From: Tubiluchus corallicola | Lineage: Eukaryota > Animalia > Priapulida | Length of the DNA stretch: 25,308 nucleotides | NCBI GenBank assembly: GCA_030141605.1 | Contig: JAQGDQ010001793.1 | Location: 1 to 25,308 of the forward strand | Direction: 5' to 3' | In this document: positions 12,276 through 23,904 of the stretch, in pieces | Position numbering within the stretch: the first letter of the stretch is position 1 | Layout: every line of letters begins with the position of its first letter | Made by a program: the position numbers and the translations under genes | The notes under the pieces: generated by a model | Database searches by the model: none | Told to the model about the DNA's origin: nothing | What the model saw: only the letters and a program-made list of their open reading frames with translations

Positions 12276-12820
12276 ACCTAGCCACTGGGGGGGGGGGGGC
12301 AAGCCAGCCCAACTCAGTGCCTGTTCCAAGCCCGGATAAATAGGGAGGGTTAGGGTCAGGAAGGGCATCCGCCTGTAAAAACTGCGCCAAAACCTACTAT
12401 GAATGAGTCGGTGGAAGTTAAAGGTAAAGTCCACAAAGAAGTGGTCAGACCCGCTCTAATCTATGGGCTAGAAGCAGCTTCTCTATAGAAGACCGAAGAG
12501 AAGAAAATGGGTGTGGTGGAGATGAGGATGTTGAGATGAATGGTGGGAATAACAAGAAGAGATAAAATTAGAAATAATAATATCAGAGGAACAGTAAAAG
12601 TAGTGGAAGCCTCGCAAGATTGCGATGGTATGGACACCTGAAAAGAAGAGTCGGTGAAGATCATGTGGGAAGGGAAGACATAAATGAAGAGTTGGTCAAC
12701 AACAGGAATGCGTGGAGAAGACTCATTCACAACGGCGACCCCGCATAAGGAAAAGCTGGGAAGAAGAAGAAGAAGAAGAAGAAGAAGAAGAAGAAGAAGA
12801 AGAAGAAGAAGAAGAAGAAG
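12276..12820 (+). mobile_element. Bipartite non-autonomous RTE-clade retroelement
   Basis: RTE-like 5' segment (CCAAGCCCGGATAAATAGGGAGGGTT...AAGGGCATCCG...GTAAAA) fused to an ORF 3' part (KGKVHKEVVRPALIYGLE...EMRMLR...IRN), with a (GAA)~20 tail. Candidate TSD AGATA(T/C)TGAATTA at 12263-12275 and 12825-12837. Confidence 0.85.
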
Positions 12821-13023
12821 GCTAAGATACTGAATTATGGCGAAAAACTAGAAACGCAAAGTCAACTGACTGGTTTTATTTGCTATGTCATGTATATCTG
12901 CTTACCTTTCATTTAGTGAAGCGATGATTCCTAAAATAATATACTGAGGGTTAGGAACCTACAGTGAGTCATTAAAAATTCAATAGCAAAAATAAAAAAA
13001 ATAGGTACAGCAATGAATTTTAT

Positions 13024-13703
13024 TGGTGCCCAAGTGTCTCGTGCCCATGTGTCCTGTGCCAAAATGTTCTTGTGCCAAAATGTCCCCTTACCAAAATATC
13101 CCGTTCCCAAATGTCACATGCCAAAATGTCTCATGCCCAAGTGTCCACGCGCTGAAATGCCCTGTGTCCAAAATTCTCGTGCTCAAATGTCCTTGTGTTC
13201 ACAAGGCAAAGTGATCCTGAGCCGAAATATCCCTTTTACAAAATATCTCACGGGCAAGTGTCCTTTTGCCGAAATGCGTCATGTCCAAGCGTCCCCATGC
13301 CCAATTGTTCTGTGGCCAAATGTCTCGTGCCCAAATGTCTCCTGCCCATATGTCCCCATGCCCAAATGTCCCGTGCCCATGTATCCTCATGCCCAAATGT
13401 CCTTGTCTCCTTGTGTCCAAATGCCCTCATGCCCACATGTCCCCATGCCTAAGTGATCATGCGCCGAAATGTCCCCATACCAAAATATCCCATTCCCAAA
13501 TGTCCCATGCCAAAATGTCTCATGCCCAAGTGTCCACGTGCCAAAATGTCCTGTGCTCAAAATTCTCGTGCCAAAATGTTCTGTGCCCAAAATTCTCGTG
13601 ACAAAATGTCCTGTGCCCAAATGTCAATGTGCCGAAATATCACGTGCCCAAATTTCACGTGCCCAAATGTCCCATGCCCAAGCGTCCTGTGCCCAAATGG
13701 CCC
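13024..13703. repeat. Degenerate 15-bp minisatellite (GTGCCCAAATGTCCC-like), probably part of a non-autonomous DNA element
   Basis: Periodic CPMPK-type translation in several frames. A same-orientation remnant lies at about 14018-14050. Confidence 0.85.
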
Positions 13704-14062
13704 GTATCGTTGTGAACGATCGAAAATCATAAAAAATACATTTAATTTGCATTACATTAAATACATTAGATTAATAACCTGTAAAACCGCCATTACTCTA
13801 GTACATATGGCTTCTATCTATCTGTTACCTATTCTAAAAATGGGTTTAACCTAATAGTGAACGGTTGCTCTAGTTTTGCTATATTCTGTACTACCTGTTG
13901 GCTTTTACAAGACATTATATGCAGACATCATTTTACCTGTATTTCTGTGGAAACTTGTGTATCAATAAACGTTTAAAGTCTAATATTCTACTGTTATACC
14001 TTTTGTCAACACGACAGCCCGTGCCCAAGTGTCCCCGTGCCCAAAAGTCAAGGACTCTGAGA

Positions 14063-14140
14063 GACTGAATAGTCTAATGGCGGCAAACTTGCAATCCAAT
14101 GGTTCCTGGTTCAAATCCAGGCACATTTCAACTTTTTTTC
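14063..14140 (+). other. tRNA-derived Pol III element / SINE-head remnant
   Basis: A-box-like TAGTCTAATGG (14070-14080), a perfect T-arm CCTGG-TTCAAAT-CCAGG with B box (14105-14121), and a T7 run at about 14133-14139. No complete cloverleaf. Confidence 0.45.
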
Positions 14141-14231
14141 ACAGTCTTTCAGTCGGCATTACTTTAATCGCACGATTTATAAGCCGATAACCAGGAATTA
14201 CTAATTAATGTTTGATTGCATTAATTTGCAG

Positions 14232-14737
14232 GTGGAGTTTCAATGGACGAACACTTCACATTGCTCACTGCAGATCTAGTCAGAGATTTAGTGCAAATGT
14301 ACAAGAATGAGGAACTGCTGTGCACCGGATATGGCGGTTTTGCCCTGGGATACTGGCTCACTTTATGGGAAGCCAAATTTAAACAAAAGATCAAATTCTT
14401 CGCGGACAATTCCCGTCATTCTACGTCGCACGGTGCGTTCTCCGCACGGGAATTGAACATACACACGTATCAACAGCTGTGCGACAGATATGTCAGTATC
14501 CACCATTGGCTCTTCACCAAAGAAATGCAAGCAATATGGGAAACCAAGGATGCAGCTGTTCACGAGTACGCCGTTCCGCCAGTGACGTTCTCTGTTTGTG
14601 TCGAGGAAAGAGAGCTGCCATTTGTTTTTCGACCGAGGAGAATAAGACCGTGTCAGGACGCCGTGTTCAAGACCAGAAAAAACATGTGGGGAGGCTGGCA
14701 GAGCAAAATTCCAAAAATTTCGGAAGCTGTCACGTGA
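14232..14737 (+). CDS. GT31-family glycosyltransferase, putative coding exon 2 (terminal)
   Basis: Acceptor TTAATTTGCAG|GT is phase-compatible with the 5234 donor and gives ...YWGGANCRRGI-G-GVSMDEHFTLLTADLVRDL...ALGYWL...LCDRYVSIHH..., which fits the C-terminal half of a GT31 fold. Total CDS is 1497 nt (498 aa). Confidence 0.8.
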
Positions 14738-15007
14738 AATGCCTGCCAGATAACTCATACTTCTGACAACAGATGGTGCTGGTCTGAAAGACGCAAACAT
14801 TTCGAAAGCTATAATCTGAAGTAAGGACCCCTTTCCTTGACGTCTGTCTGATAATTTATGCTTCTGATTTTTGATGATAGATGGTGCTGGAGAGGCTGGC
14901 AGAAAAAATCGCAAACATTTCTAAAGCTGTAATTTGAAGTAAGGACCCATTTGCCCGATGTCTGCTAGGTAATTTATGCTTTTGATTTCTGACAACAGAT
15001 GGTGCTG
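14690..15007 (+). repeat. Three imperfect ~90-120-bp tandem copies spanning the GT stop codon and 3' UTR
   Basis: Recurring AGATGGTGCTG, GAGGCTGGCAGA and CAAA(A/C)ATTTC..AAGCT......TGAA blocks. Confidence 0.8.
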
Positions 15008-15204
15008 AAATCAGATAGAATCTCAGCATGCATGACGTCATCATTCTGTACTTTTCTAATTTGTGGTTCGAGTTTTATGCCTCGCATAATGGCGCCCACC
15101 CAGCAGAAGCCAGTTTTTGTTATTGTTCATATTCAGTTATTATTATTATTATTATTATTAAATTATTATTATTAATAAATGATTGCTATTCTATGTTTTT
15201 TTAG

Positions 15205-15653
15205 CTATTATTCACAACCCATTGTTTAATGCTTACTGCACTACTTTTTATTGTATGTCCACTTGGAGACATTCTTATTGTTACAATCTTAGCAAACTCA
15301 AGGTTGCATATAATGTATCAACACGGAAGCTGTTTAACTTTTCATATGATACGAGCGCCAGATACATTTCTACTAGGCTTAATCTTATTTATTTTGATGT
15401 GATTCACAGAAAATGTGCATACAGTTTATACGTCAGGCTGAATAAGAGTGAAAATTTTATATGCAAGAACATTTTAAACAGTGATGTAAACTTTACTTCT
15501 GTAATTAGACGTCATTGGCGTAGTTTGTTATATCGTTAATTGTTATTTGTGTTATTGTTGTGTTTCATGATTTATTGTATTATTTGTATTAATTTGTGAT
15601 GTGTTTATGAACTTTGCGAAGTTTGAAATAAAATATTAAATCTAAATCTAAAA
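15205..15653 (+). mobile_element. 5'-truncated non-LTR retrotransposon 3' end (second family)
   Basis: LFNAYCTTFY...W...KLKVAYN...RKLF...SA...RL..SEN...HWRSLLY resembles a LINE ORF2 C-terminus. Ends with AATAAA and an (ATCTAA)n tail. Confidence 0.7.
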
Positions 15654-15687
15654 CAGCTATTATTTACTTTCTTACATTATCACTTAA

Positions 15688-16146
15688 CCCTTTCATACCC
15701 GTTGTATCCCATGCGATACGGGAATATTTTCTGCCTTTAAAATTAATAAAATTTAAAATTGACACAGTTATTTGATCTGTTAATAGTTATTTTGATTTAA
15801 GCCAATGACAATAGATTAAAAATGGTGATAAAGTGGCAAACTAGAAAATCTACATAGTATAAAAAACTACGCAGGGTACAGTACTTTAGAGACGACTTTG
15901 TACAGATCAGCATAGCAAAATACTAAATGTCTTAAATACTTTAAAAAATTATCAGCAGTTGCAAAATGAAGCACATTTCATGCTTCCATTGAATCCCTAT
16001 GTATCCCGTGGGATACAGGCTATATTTAGCACGCGGGCACAGGTAGAAAACATAATTATTATGTGTAAACAAGATAGACATACTGAACAAAAGTACCAAG
16101 TCAAAAAAATTTTTCTTATTAAAAAAATAATTTGGGACTGAAAGGG
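15688..16146. mobile_element. piggyBac-type MITE, copy 3 (full length, opposite orientation to copy 1)
   Basis: TTAA at 15684-15687 and 16147-16150, with the same TIRs and interior as 3543-4002. Confidence 0.9.
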
Positions 16147-16364
16147 TTAATTGTGAATTAAATGTTATTTGTTCTGTACCCTCGAGCCACGATATTCCTT
16201 TGCAAGGAGATTTTGCCTCTTGTAAACGTCTCTAAACTGTTGATTAAATTTACCTTGTTTGTTTGTTTATTTGTTTGTTTGTTTGTAATGTATGTAACGA
16301 TGCTCCAATAAACAAACACAAGATGTTTTTTAAAGTGTTGCTAGTTCATAAGTGCCTTCAGCAG

Positions 16365-17215
16365 CATTGGCGGCTCGTGTGTAAGAACTGTGAAACTGCA
16401 GCACCCCCTATTTTCACTCAAAATTATCGATAATACTCAATATAATAAGTCTTTTTCTTAATACTTGTACGGAACCGGAGCACGTTAGGGTAGTCTCCTG
16501 TTTAGTTCACAAAGCGGCACAGTGGTGTGTTTGACTGTTGTATGCATGCGGCCATGCGAAGTAGAAAAAGTATTGTCGCTCACACAGTTTGTTGTCAGTT
16601 GTTGTGTGCTTACCGTGAATGGATCAAGCTTGAACTGCGACAATTTAGCCCAATAGTAAGAAAAAAACATTTTTGTTTAGGATGTTATTACGTTTACGTA
16701 TAAAATTTTATGTTTGTTATCAATTGCAAAAAACAACATTAAAATCACATATGTTTGTCATCAATTGCAAAAAACAACATTAAAATCACATATGTTTGTT
16801 TAAAATTGCAAAAAACAACATTAAAATCACATATGTTTGTTTAAAATTGCAAAAAAACAACATTAAAATCACATATGTTTGTTTAAAATTGCAAAAAACA
16901 ACATTAAAATCACATATGTTTGTTTAAAATTGCAAAAAACAACATTAAAATCACATATGTTTGTTTAAAATTGCAAAAAACAACATTAAAATCACATATG
17001 TTTGTTTAAAATTGCAAAAAAAACAACATTAAAATCACATATGTTTGTTTAAAATTGCAAAAAAACAACATTAAAATCACATATGTTTGTTTAAAATTGC
17101 AAAAACAACATTAAAATCACATGACATGTTTGTTTCGTTTTACACAGTATTAAAACAAATGCTAAACATTTTCTGAAGCAGCACCCCCACTCATTTTAGC
17201 TACGAGCCGCCACTG
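16365..17215. mobile_element. hAT-like non-autonomous element carrying an internal minisatellite
   Basis: TIRs CATTGGCGGCTCGT / ACGAGCCGCCACTG match at 13 of 14 positions. 8-bp TSD TTCAGCAG / ATCAGCAG matches at 7 of 8. Subterminal GCAGCACCCCC occurs at both ends. Confidence 0.8.
16710..17135. repeat. ~41-bp minisatellite, about 10 units
   Basis: ATGTTTGTTTAAAATTGCAAAAAACAACATTAAAATCACAT, with variable A-run length. Confidence 0.95.
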
Positions 17216-17343
17216 ATCAGCAGCAACGGTAACTGCAGTAAACATGTAAGTGTCTAAGAAAGTGCTGGAATTACAGAGTTTCCGCTACAATCACAGAACG
17301 CTTATTTGTGATCGTGGAAGCGGAACTGACGTCATTCTACAGT

Positions 17344-18417
<1,074 letters not shown>

Positions 18418-18439
18418 TTATTACCACATAAACACAACT

Positions 18440-18692
18440 CCACGATCGCGCCACGTCTTGGAAGCATTGCAAATACTTTGGTACTTTACTAGGCACTGAA
18501 ACTGAAATACCACGCAGAAAAATATTAGCTTCAGCTGCATGTTCTAAACTCACAAATATTTTTGAATATCCGAATCTTAGCACAGAAACTAAACTACATG
18601 TTCTGCCATCACTTGTAGAAGCTGTGTTCTTGTATAATTCTGATCTGTGACAGTCAAAGTTGACCAGAAGAATGAAATCAATGCTTTCCAAT
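18440..18692 (+). mobile_element. Decayed RTE-like reverse transcriptase C-terminal fragment
   Basis: Translates WKHCKYFGTLLGTETEIPRRKILASAACSKLTNIF...KLHVL..LVEAVFLYNSDL, then after a frameshift TVKVDQKNEINAFQ (KYLG...LYxSExW pattern). Confidence 0.7.
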
Positions 18693-18834
18693 CCTATCAT
18701 AGATTTTCAACAGCAAACAATTAAAAACTTCACTTAGAAAAATACAAATGTGTAAACAAACAGACAGACTGACAATTGCAACTAATATCACATATAGATG
18801 AAAATTTCACTTTCTGTCTATAGATACGTGGCAA

Positions 18835-19896
18835 ACAGCAAACAATTAAAAACTTCACTTAGAAAAATACAAACGTGTAAACAAACAGACAGACAGACAA
18901 TTGCAACTAATATTGCATCTTCTTCTTCTTCCCAGCTTTTCCCTATTCGGGGTCGCCGTTGTGAATGAGTCTTCTCCACGCATTCCTGTTGTTGACCATC
19001 TCTTCATTTATGTCTTCCCTTCCCACATGATCTTCACCGACTCTTCTTTTCAGGTGTCCATACCATCGCAATCTTGCGAGGCTTCCACTACTTTTACTGT
19101 TCCTCTGATATTATTATTTCTAATTTTATCTCTTCTTGTTATTCCCACCATCCATCTCAACATCCTCATCTCCACCACACCCATTTTCTTCTCTTCGGTC
19201 TTCTTTAGAGAAGCTGCTTCCAGCCCATAGATTAGAGCGGGTCTGACCACTTCTTTGTGGACTTTACCTTTAAGTCTCACCGACTCATTCATAGAAGATT
19301 TGGCGCAGTTTGTACAAGCGGATGCCCTGCCTGACCCTAACCCTCCCTATTTATCCGGGCTTGGGACCGGCACTGAGTTGGGCAGGCTTGCCCCCCCCCC
19401 TGGCTAGGTTGCAACTAATATTACATATAGACGAGTGATGCTGCGTTGCACAACGGAAGCAGTTCAGAAGATGATGGAATAACAGCAAACACAAGTCCGA
19501 TAAAAAGTATGCATTTTAATACAATTGATACTGCAAAAGTCTTTCTGATAACTACTGATGACATCACAAACTAACATAATATTCGACAGCAGAAATACTC
19601 CACGAGCGTGATGCACGTGTTTGTGAAAGAGACATTTCAAGTACAGTGCTTCTGTAAGATATCCAGTGTGTTGTACTAAAACTAGGCAAGTTTTAAGATA
19701 AAAATTCGAATTTCAAATTTACCACTGTTCCCACGCATGGGCTATAGAACGTGTGTAGTTTGTCACAAACTAACACATCTGAACCGAGAGGTACAGCACC
19801 TCTTTTTTGTGCACTGTTAGCGAAATGCAGGCGCTACTGTCCATCTAACTAGCGAATGGCGAAATGCAACATGTAACAGCGAAGAACTAGTGGCGC
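18835..19896. repeat. Older inverted segmental duplication, copy B
   Basis: Diverged reverse complement of 6616-7686. Preceded by a local direct duplication (about 18709-18800 vs 18835-18917). Confidence 0.9.
18918..19410 (-). mobile_element. Bipartite non-autonomous RTE-clade retroelement, full length
   Basis: Reverse complement of 12276-12780. TSD GCAACTAATATT(G/A)CA at 18903-18917 and 19411-19425. An empty-site paralogue lies at about 18778-18800. Confidence 0.88.
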
Positions 19897-20269
19897 ACTA
19901 GAAAACTGAGGTACACAAGTACTGTGTTACATAACAGAAGCACATAATATTATGTAACGCAAACTCTCTGTTGTAATGAAATCTCTGCTCTGCCGAAGAA
20001 CAAATGAATAAACATGTTTGTACTTGAGGCTATTTGCCAACTCACATATCACTGTGTAAGGAATATCTTACTTGCTTTGCTTCATCTGGTTGCTTCTTAT
20101 TTCTGTATCGAGTTTTGTTTACCTGTTAACCTGAGTGCTAAGGTGAGAGTAGTGCACAAAACATTTTAGCAACAAAGCTGACCACTCTTTAGTTCTTTCT
20201 TGGTTTTTTTAGCACAAGTGTTTCTTTTCTTGTTTAGCCATTTAGAGTGATTCCGTAAAACTGAATTGT

Positions 20270-21160
20270 GCAAGTGATTTTGGATGATTGACAGTCGTGA
20301 GTAATTCTAAACGATTGACAGTTGTGAGTAATTCTAAATGACTGACTGTTGTGAGTAATTCTAAATGACTGACAGTTGTGAGTAATTCTAAATGATTGAC
20401 AATGGTAAGTAATTCTGAATGATTGAGAGTTGAGAGTAATTGTAAATGTTTGACAATTGTGAGTAATTCTAAGTGATTGACAGTTGTGAGTAATTCTAAA
20501 AGATTGACAGTTGTGAGTAGTTCTAAATATTGACAATGTCGAGTAATTCTAAACGATTGACTGTTGTGAGTAATTCTAAAAGATTGACAGTTGTGAGTAA
20601 TTCTAAATGACTGACAGTTGTGAGTAATTCTGAATGATTCACTGCTTGTGAGTAATTCTAAGTGACTGACAAATGTGAGTAATTCTAAATGATTGACTGT
20701 TGTGAGTAATTCTAAATGACTGACAGCTGTGAGTAATTCTAAATGATTGAGAGTTGAGAGTAATTCTAAATGATTGACAATGTGAGTAATTCTAAATGTT
20801 TGGCAGTTGTGAGTAATTCTAAATGATTGTCAGTTGTGAGTAATTCTAAATGATTGTCAGTTGTGAGTAATTCTAAATGATTGACTGTTGTGAGTAATTC
20901 TAAATGATTGACTGTTGTGAGTAATTCTAAAAGATTGACTGTTGTGAGTAATTCTAAATGATTTACTGCTTGTGAGTAAGTTTAAATGATTGACTGCTTG
21001 TGAGTAATTCTAAATGCTTGTCAGTTGTGAGTAATTCTAAATGCTTGTCAGTTGTGAGTAATTCTTAAATGACTGACAGTTGTGAGTTATTGTAAATGAC
21101 TGACAAATGTGAGTAATTCTAAATGATTTCTAAACGATTGACTGTTGTGAGTAAGTTTAA
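20270..21160. repeat. 27-bp minisatellite A (TGACAGTTGTGAGTAATTCTAAATGAT), about 32 units
   Basis: Seen directly. Gives 9-aa periodicity in ORF 20234..20536. Confidence 0.97.
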
Positions 21161-21418
21161 ATCAGTGAGAGTCACAAGTGATTCAGAATGTTATTACAGT
21201 CAACTGCAATTATAGCTGCTTTGCCTGTGATGTTCTGATGTTCGGGTATTTGTCTATTTGTCCTTCCTCCTAACTAACGATGCGCCACACCGAGTGACAG
21301 ATGAATCTGCGCGCATCAGGTGAATCCAAACTAATGACCAGGTAAACTCAGGTAAATACCTACCTGCAAGACGCAAAGAAGCCACAACAATAAATATAAT
21401 CACGGCTAACCCAACGCC

Positions 21419-21714
21419 ATGAACTGTTCTCATTCAACAAACATTTACGAGCAATTCAACAACAGCATCAGCGCGGACGACGACAGCGACAATGTCGTCA
21501 TCATCACTAGCACCGCGGACGTGGTTTTCAGAGCGGGATTTTGTGTTCTCGTCGGGTTGGTGGCGTTTTTTGGGAACCTCCTCCTCGTCTGCAGCATCTG
21601 GAAAGTTAGGGTGTTGAGAAACCCCTCCAACATGTTGGTCATCTCTTTTGCTTTTGCAGACATTCTTGTGGCCATGGTGAACATGCCTTTCAGCGTCATA
21701 GCTATAATTAGAGG
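21419..21714 (+). CDS. Rhodopsin-like (class A) GPCR, first coding exon (N-terminus, TM1, TM2); remainder outside window
   Basis: N-glycosylation sequons NCS and NNS, TM1 GN motif (FFGNLLLV), LRNPSN loop, and TM2 SFAFADILVAMVNMP. Donor GG|GTGAGT after 21714 (phase 2). Confidence 0.9.
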
Positions 21715-21789
21715 GTGAGTCATAAAACTTTCATTGTGCAGGTTGAGTGAAAATATTGTTACTACTACAATACTGTACGAATGAAAAAG

Positions 21790-22273
21790 TATTCACAGTA
21801 CTGGGTGAGTCAAAAACCAATTCAGTACTGGGTGAGTCAAAAAGCTATTTCAGTACTGGGTGAGTCAAAAAGCTATTTCAGTACTGGGTGAGTCAAAAAG
21901 CTATTTTAGTACTGGGTAGGTCAGAAGGCTATTTCAGTATTGGGTGAGTCAAAAAGCTATTTCAGTGCTGGGTGAGTCAAAAAGCTATTTCAGTACTGGG
22001 TGAGTCAAAAAGCTATTTCAGTACTGGGTGAGTCAAAAAGCAATTTCACTACTGGGTAGGTCAAAAACATTTACAGTACTGGGTGAGTCAAAAGCTATTT
22101 CAGTACTGGTTGAGTCAAAAAGCTATTTCAGTACTGGGTGAGTCAAAAAGTTATTTTAGTACTGGTTGAGTCAAAAAGCTGTCTTGTACTGGGAGAGTCA
22201 AAAAGCTATTTCAGTACTGGGTGAAGCAAAAGGCTATTTCAGTACTGGGTGAGTCAAAAACATTTACAGTACT
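21790..22273. repeat. 28-bp minisatellite (CAGTACTGGGTGAGTCAAAAAGCTATTT), about 17 units, at the start of the GPCR intron
   Basis: Seen directly. Confidence 0.97.
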
Positions 22274-22314
22274 AATGGTTTATTAACTGTATGTATCGAA
22301 CACAGTACATTTTG

Positions 22315-23532
22315 TATACTATAGTATTTACTGTAGCTTTATTGTAATATTTAGTATAGCTTTATTGTAGTATTTACTAGAGCTTTATTGTAGTATTTTT
22401 CTACTGCTTTATTGTAGTATTTTACTATAGCTTTATTGTAGTATTTTACTATAGCTTTGTTGTAGTTTTTAAGTACAGTTTTATAGTAATATTTAGTGTA
22501 GTATTTACTATGCTTTATTGTAATATTTAGTATAGCTTTATAGTAGTATTTTACTATAGCTTTATCGTAGTATTTCAGTATAGTTTTATTGTAATATTTA
22601 GTATAGCTTTATTGTACTATTTTACTGTGGTTTTATTGTAGTATTTGGTGTAGTTTCATTGTAGTATTTAGTATAGCTTTGTTGTAGTATTTAGAATAGC
22701 TTTTTTGTAGTATTAAGCCTAGCTTTACTGTAGCATTTAGTATAACTTTATTGTAGAATTTGGTACAGCTTTGTTGTTGCATTTAGTAAAGCTTTATTGT
22801 AGCATTTAGTAAAGCTTTGTTGTAGTATCTTAGCGAAGCTTTATTGTAGTAACTTACTACAATAGTTGCTGTAATTTACTGTTGCAGTAACCTGTACATT
22901 AGTCTATTATTTTAGTGTAGTTTTCATTGCAGTATTTTAGTATAGCTTTTTGTAGTACTTAGTATAGCTTTGTTGTAGTATTTAGTATAGCTTTGTTGTA
23001 GCATTTAGTGAATGCTCTTTTGTAGTATTTTAGCGAAGCATTATTGTAGTATCTTGCTTGCTGTTACTGTAACCTGAACATTAGTCTAGTATTTTAGTGT
23101 AGCTTTCATTGCAGCGTTTTAGTATAGCTTTGTTGTAATATTTAGTGTAGCTTTGTTGTAGTATTTAATATAGCACTGTTGTAGTATTAAGCATAGCTTT
23201 ATTGTAGCACTTAGTATAGTTTTCAAGCATGGCTTTACTGTAGCATTTAGTATAGCTTTATTGTAATATTTTAGTACATCTTTATTGTAGCATTTAGTAT
23301 AGCTTTGATGTAGTACTTAGTAAAGCTTTATTGTAGCATTTAGTATAGCTTTGATGTAGTACTTAGTAAAGCTTTGTTGTAGTATTTAGTATAGCTTTAT
23401 TGTAATATTTTAGTATAGCTTTATTGTAATATTTTAGTATAGCTTTATTGTAATATTTTAGTATAGCTTTATTGTAACATTTTAGTATAGCTTTATTGTA
23501 GCATTTTAGTATAGCTTTATTGTAATATTTTA
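22315..23532. repeat. 23-24-bp AT-rich minisatellite (TAGTATAGCTTTATTGTAGTATT)
   Basis: Seen directly. Degenerate, becoming more homogeneous near the 3' end. Confidence 0.95.
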
Positions 23533-23904
23533 ATGATGTGTAATGAAAATATGTTTTTATCTTTTTATATGTCAAATTTTACATCGCAACTCTGTCCTGA
23601 ACTTCTCTGACCAGGTAAATGAATCTAATACGATCGCTAGCAGCATCCTCGCATATTAGGAAATTACTAATCTGCAACACGATCCTAATCATTTATAGAC
23701 AAGCGTGCCATCACGATAACATGAAATAACAAGTTTTTATGACACTAATGCCTTTTGCTTTTTATAGCCATCAAAACAACTTTAATTTTCTTCATAACCT
23801 GTTCAGAGAAATCTTCCTAATAAAACCCAGTCACGTCATAAATACAACAGAAAACAGAGTAGCATAGTGTGGTTAGTATGTCCACTGAAATGTAGACGTG
23901 TTAT

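Noticed and set aside
13013-13854. Cys/Pro-rich metallothionein- or keratin-associated-like ORFs
   Set aside because: Open in several frames and on both strands because of a 15-bp repeat. No gene structure.
14063-14125. Functional tRNA gene
   Set aside because: Only the T-arm is well formed. D, anticodon and acceptor stems could not be built.
23535-23900. Possible GPCR exon 2
   Set aside because: No ECL1/TM3 signature (WxFG...C...DRY) found after any acceptor, so exon 2 is probably beyond the window.
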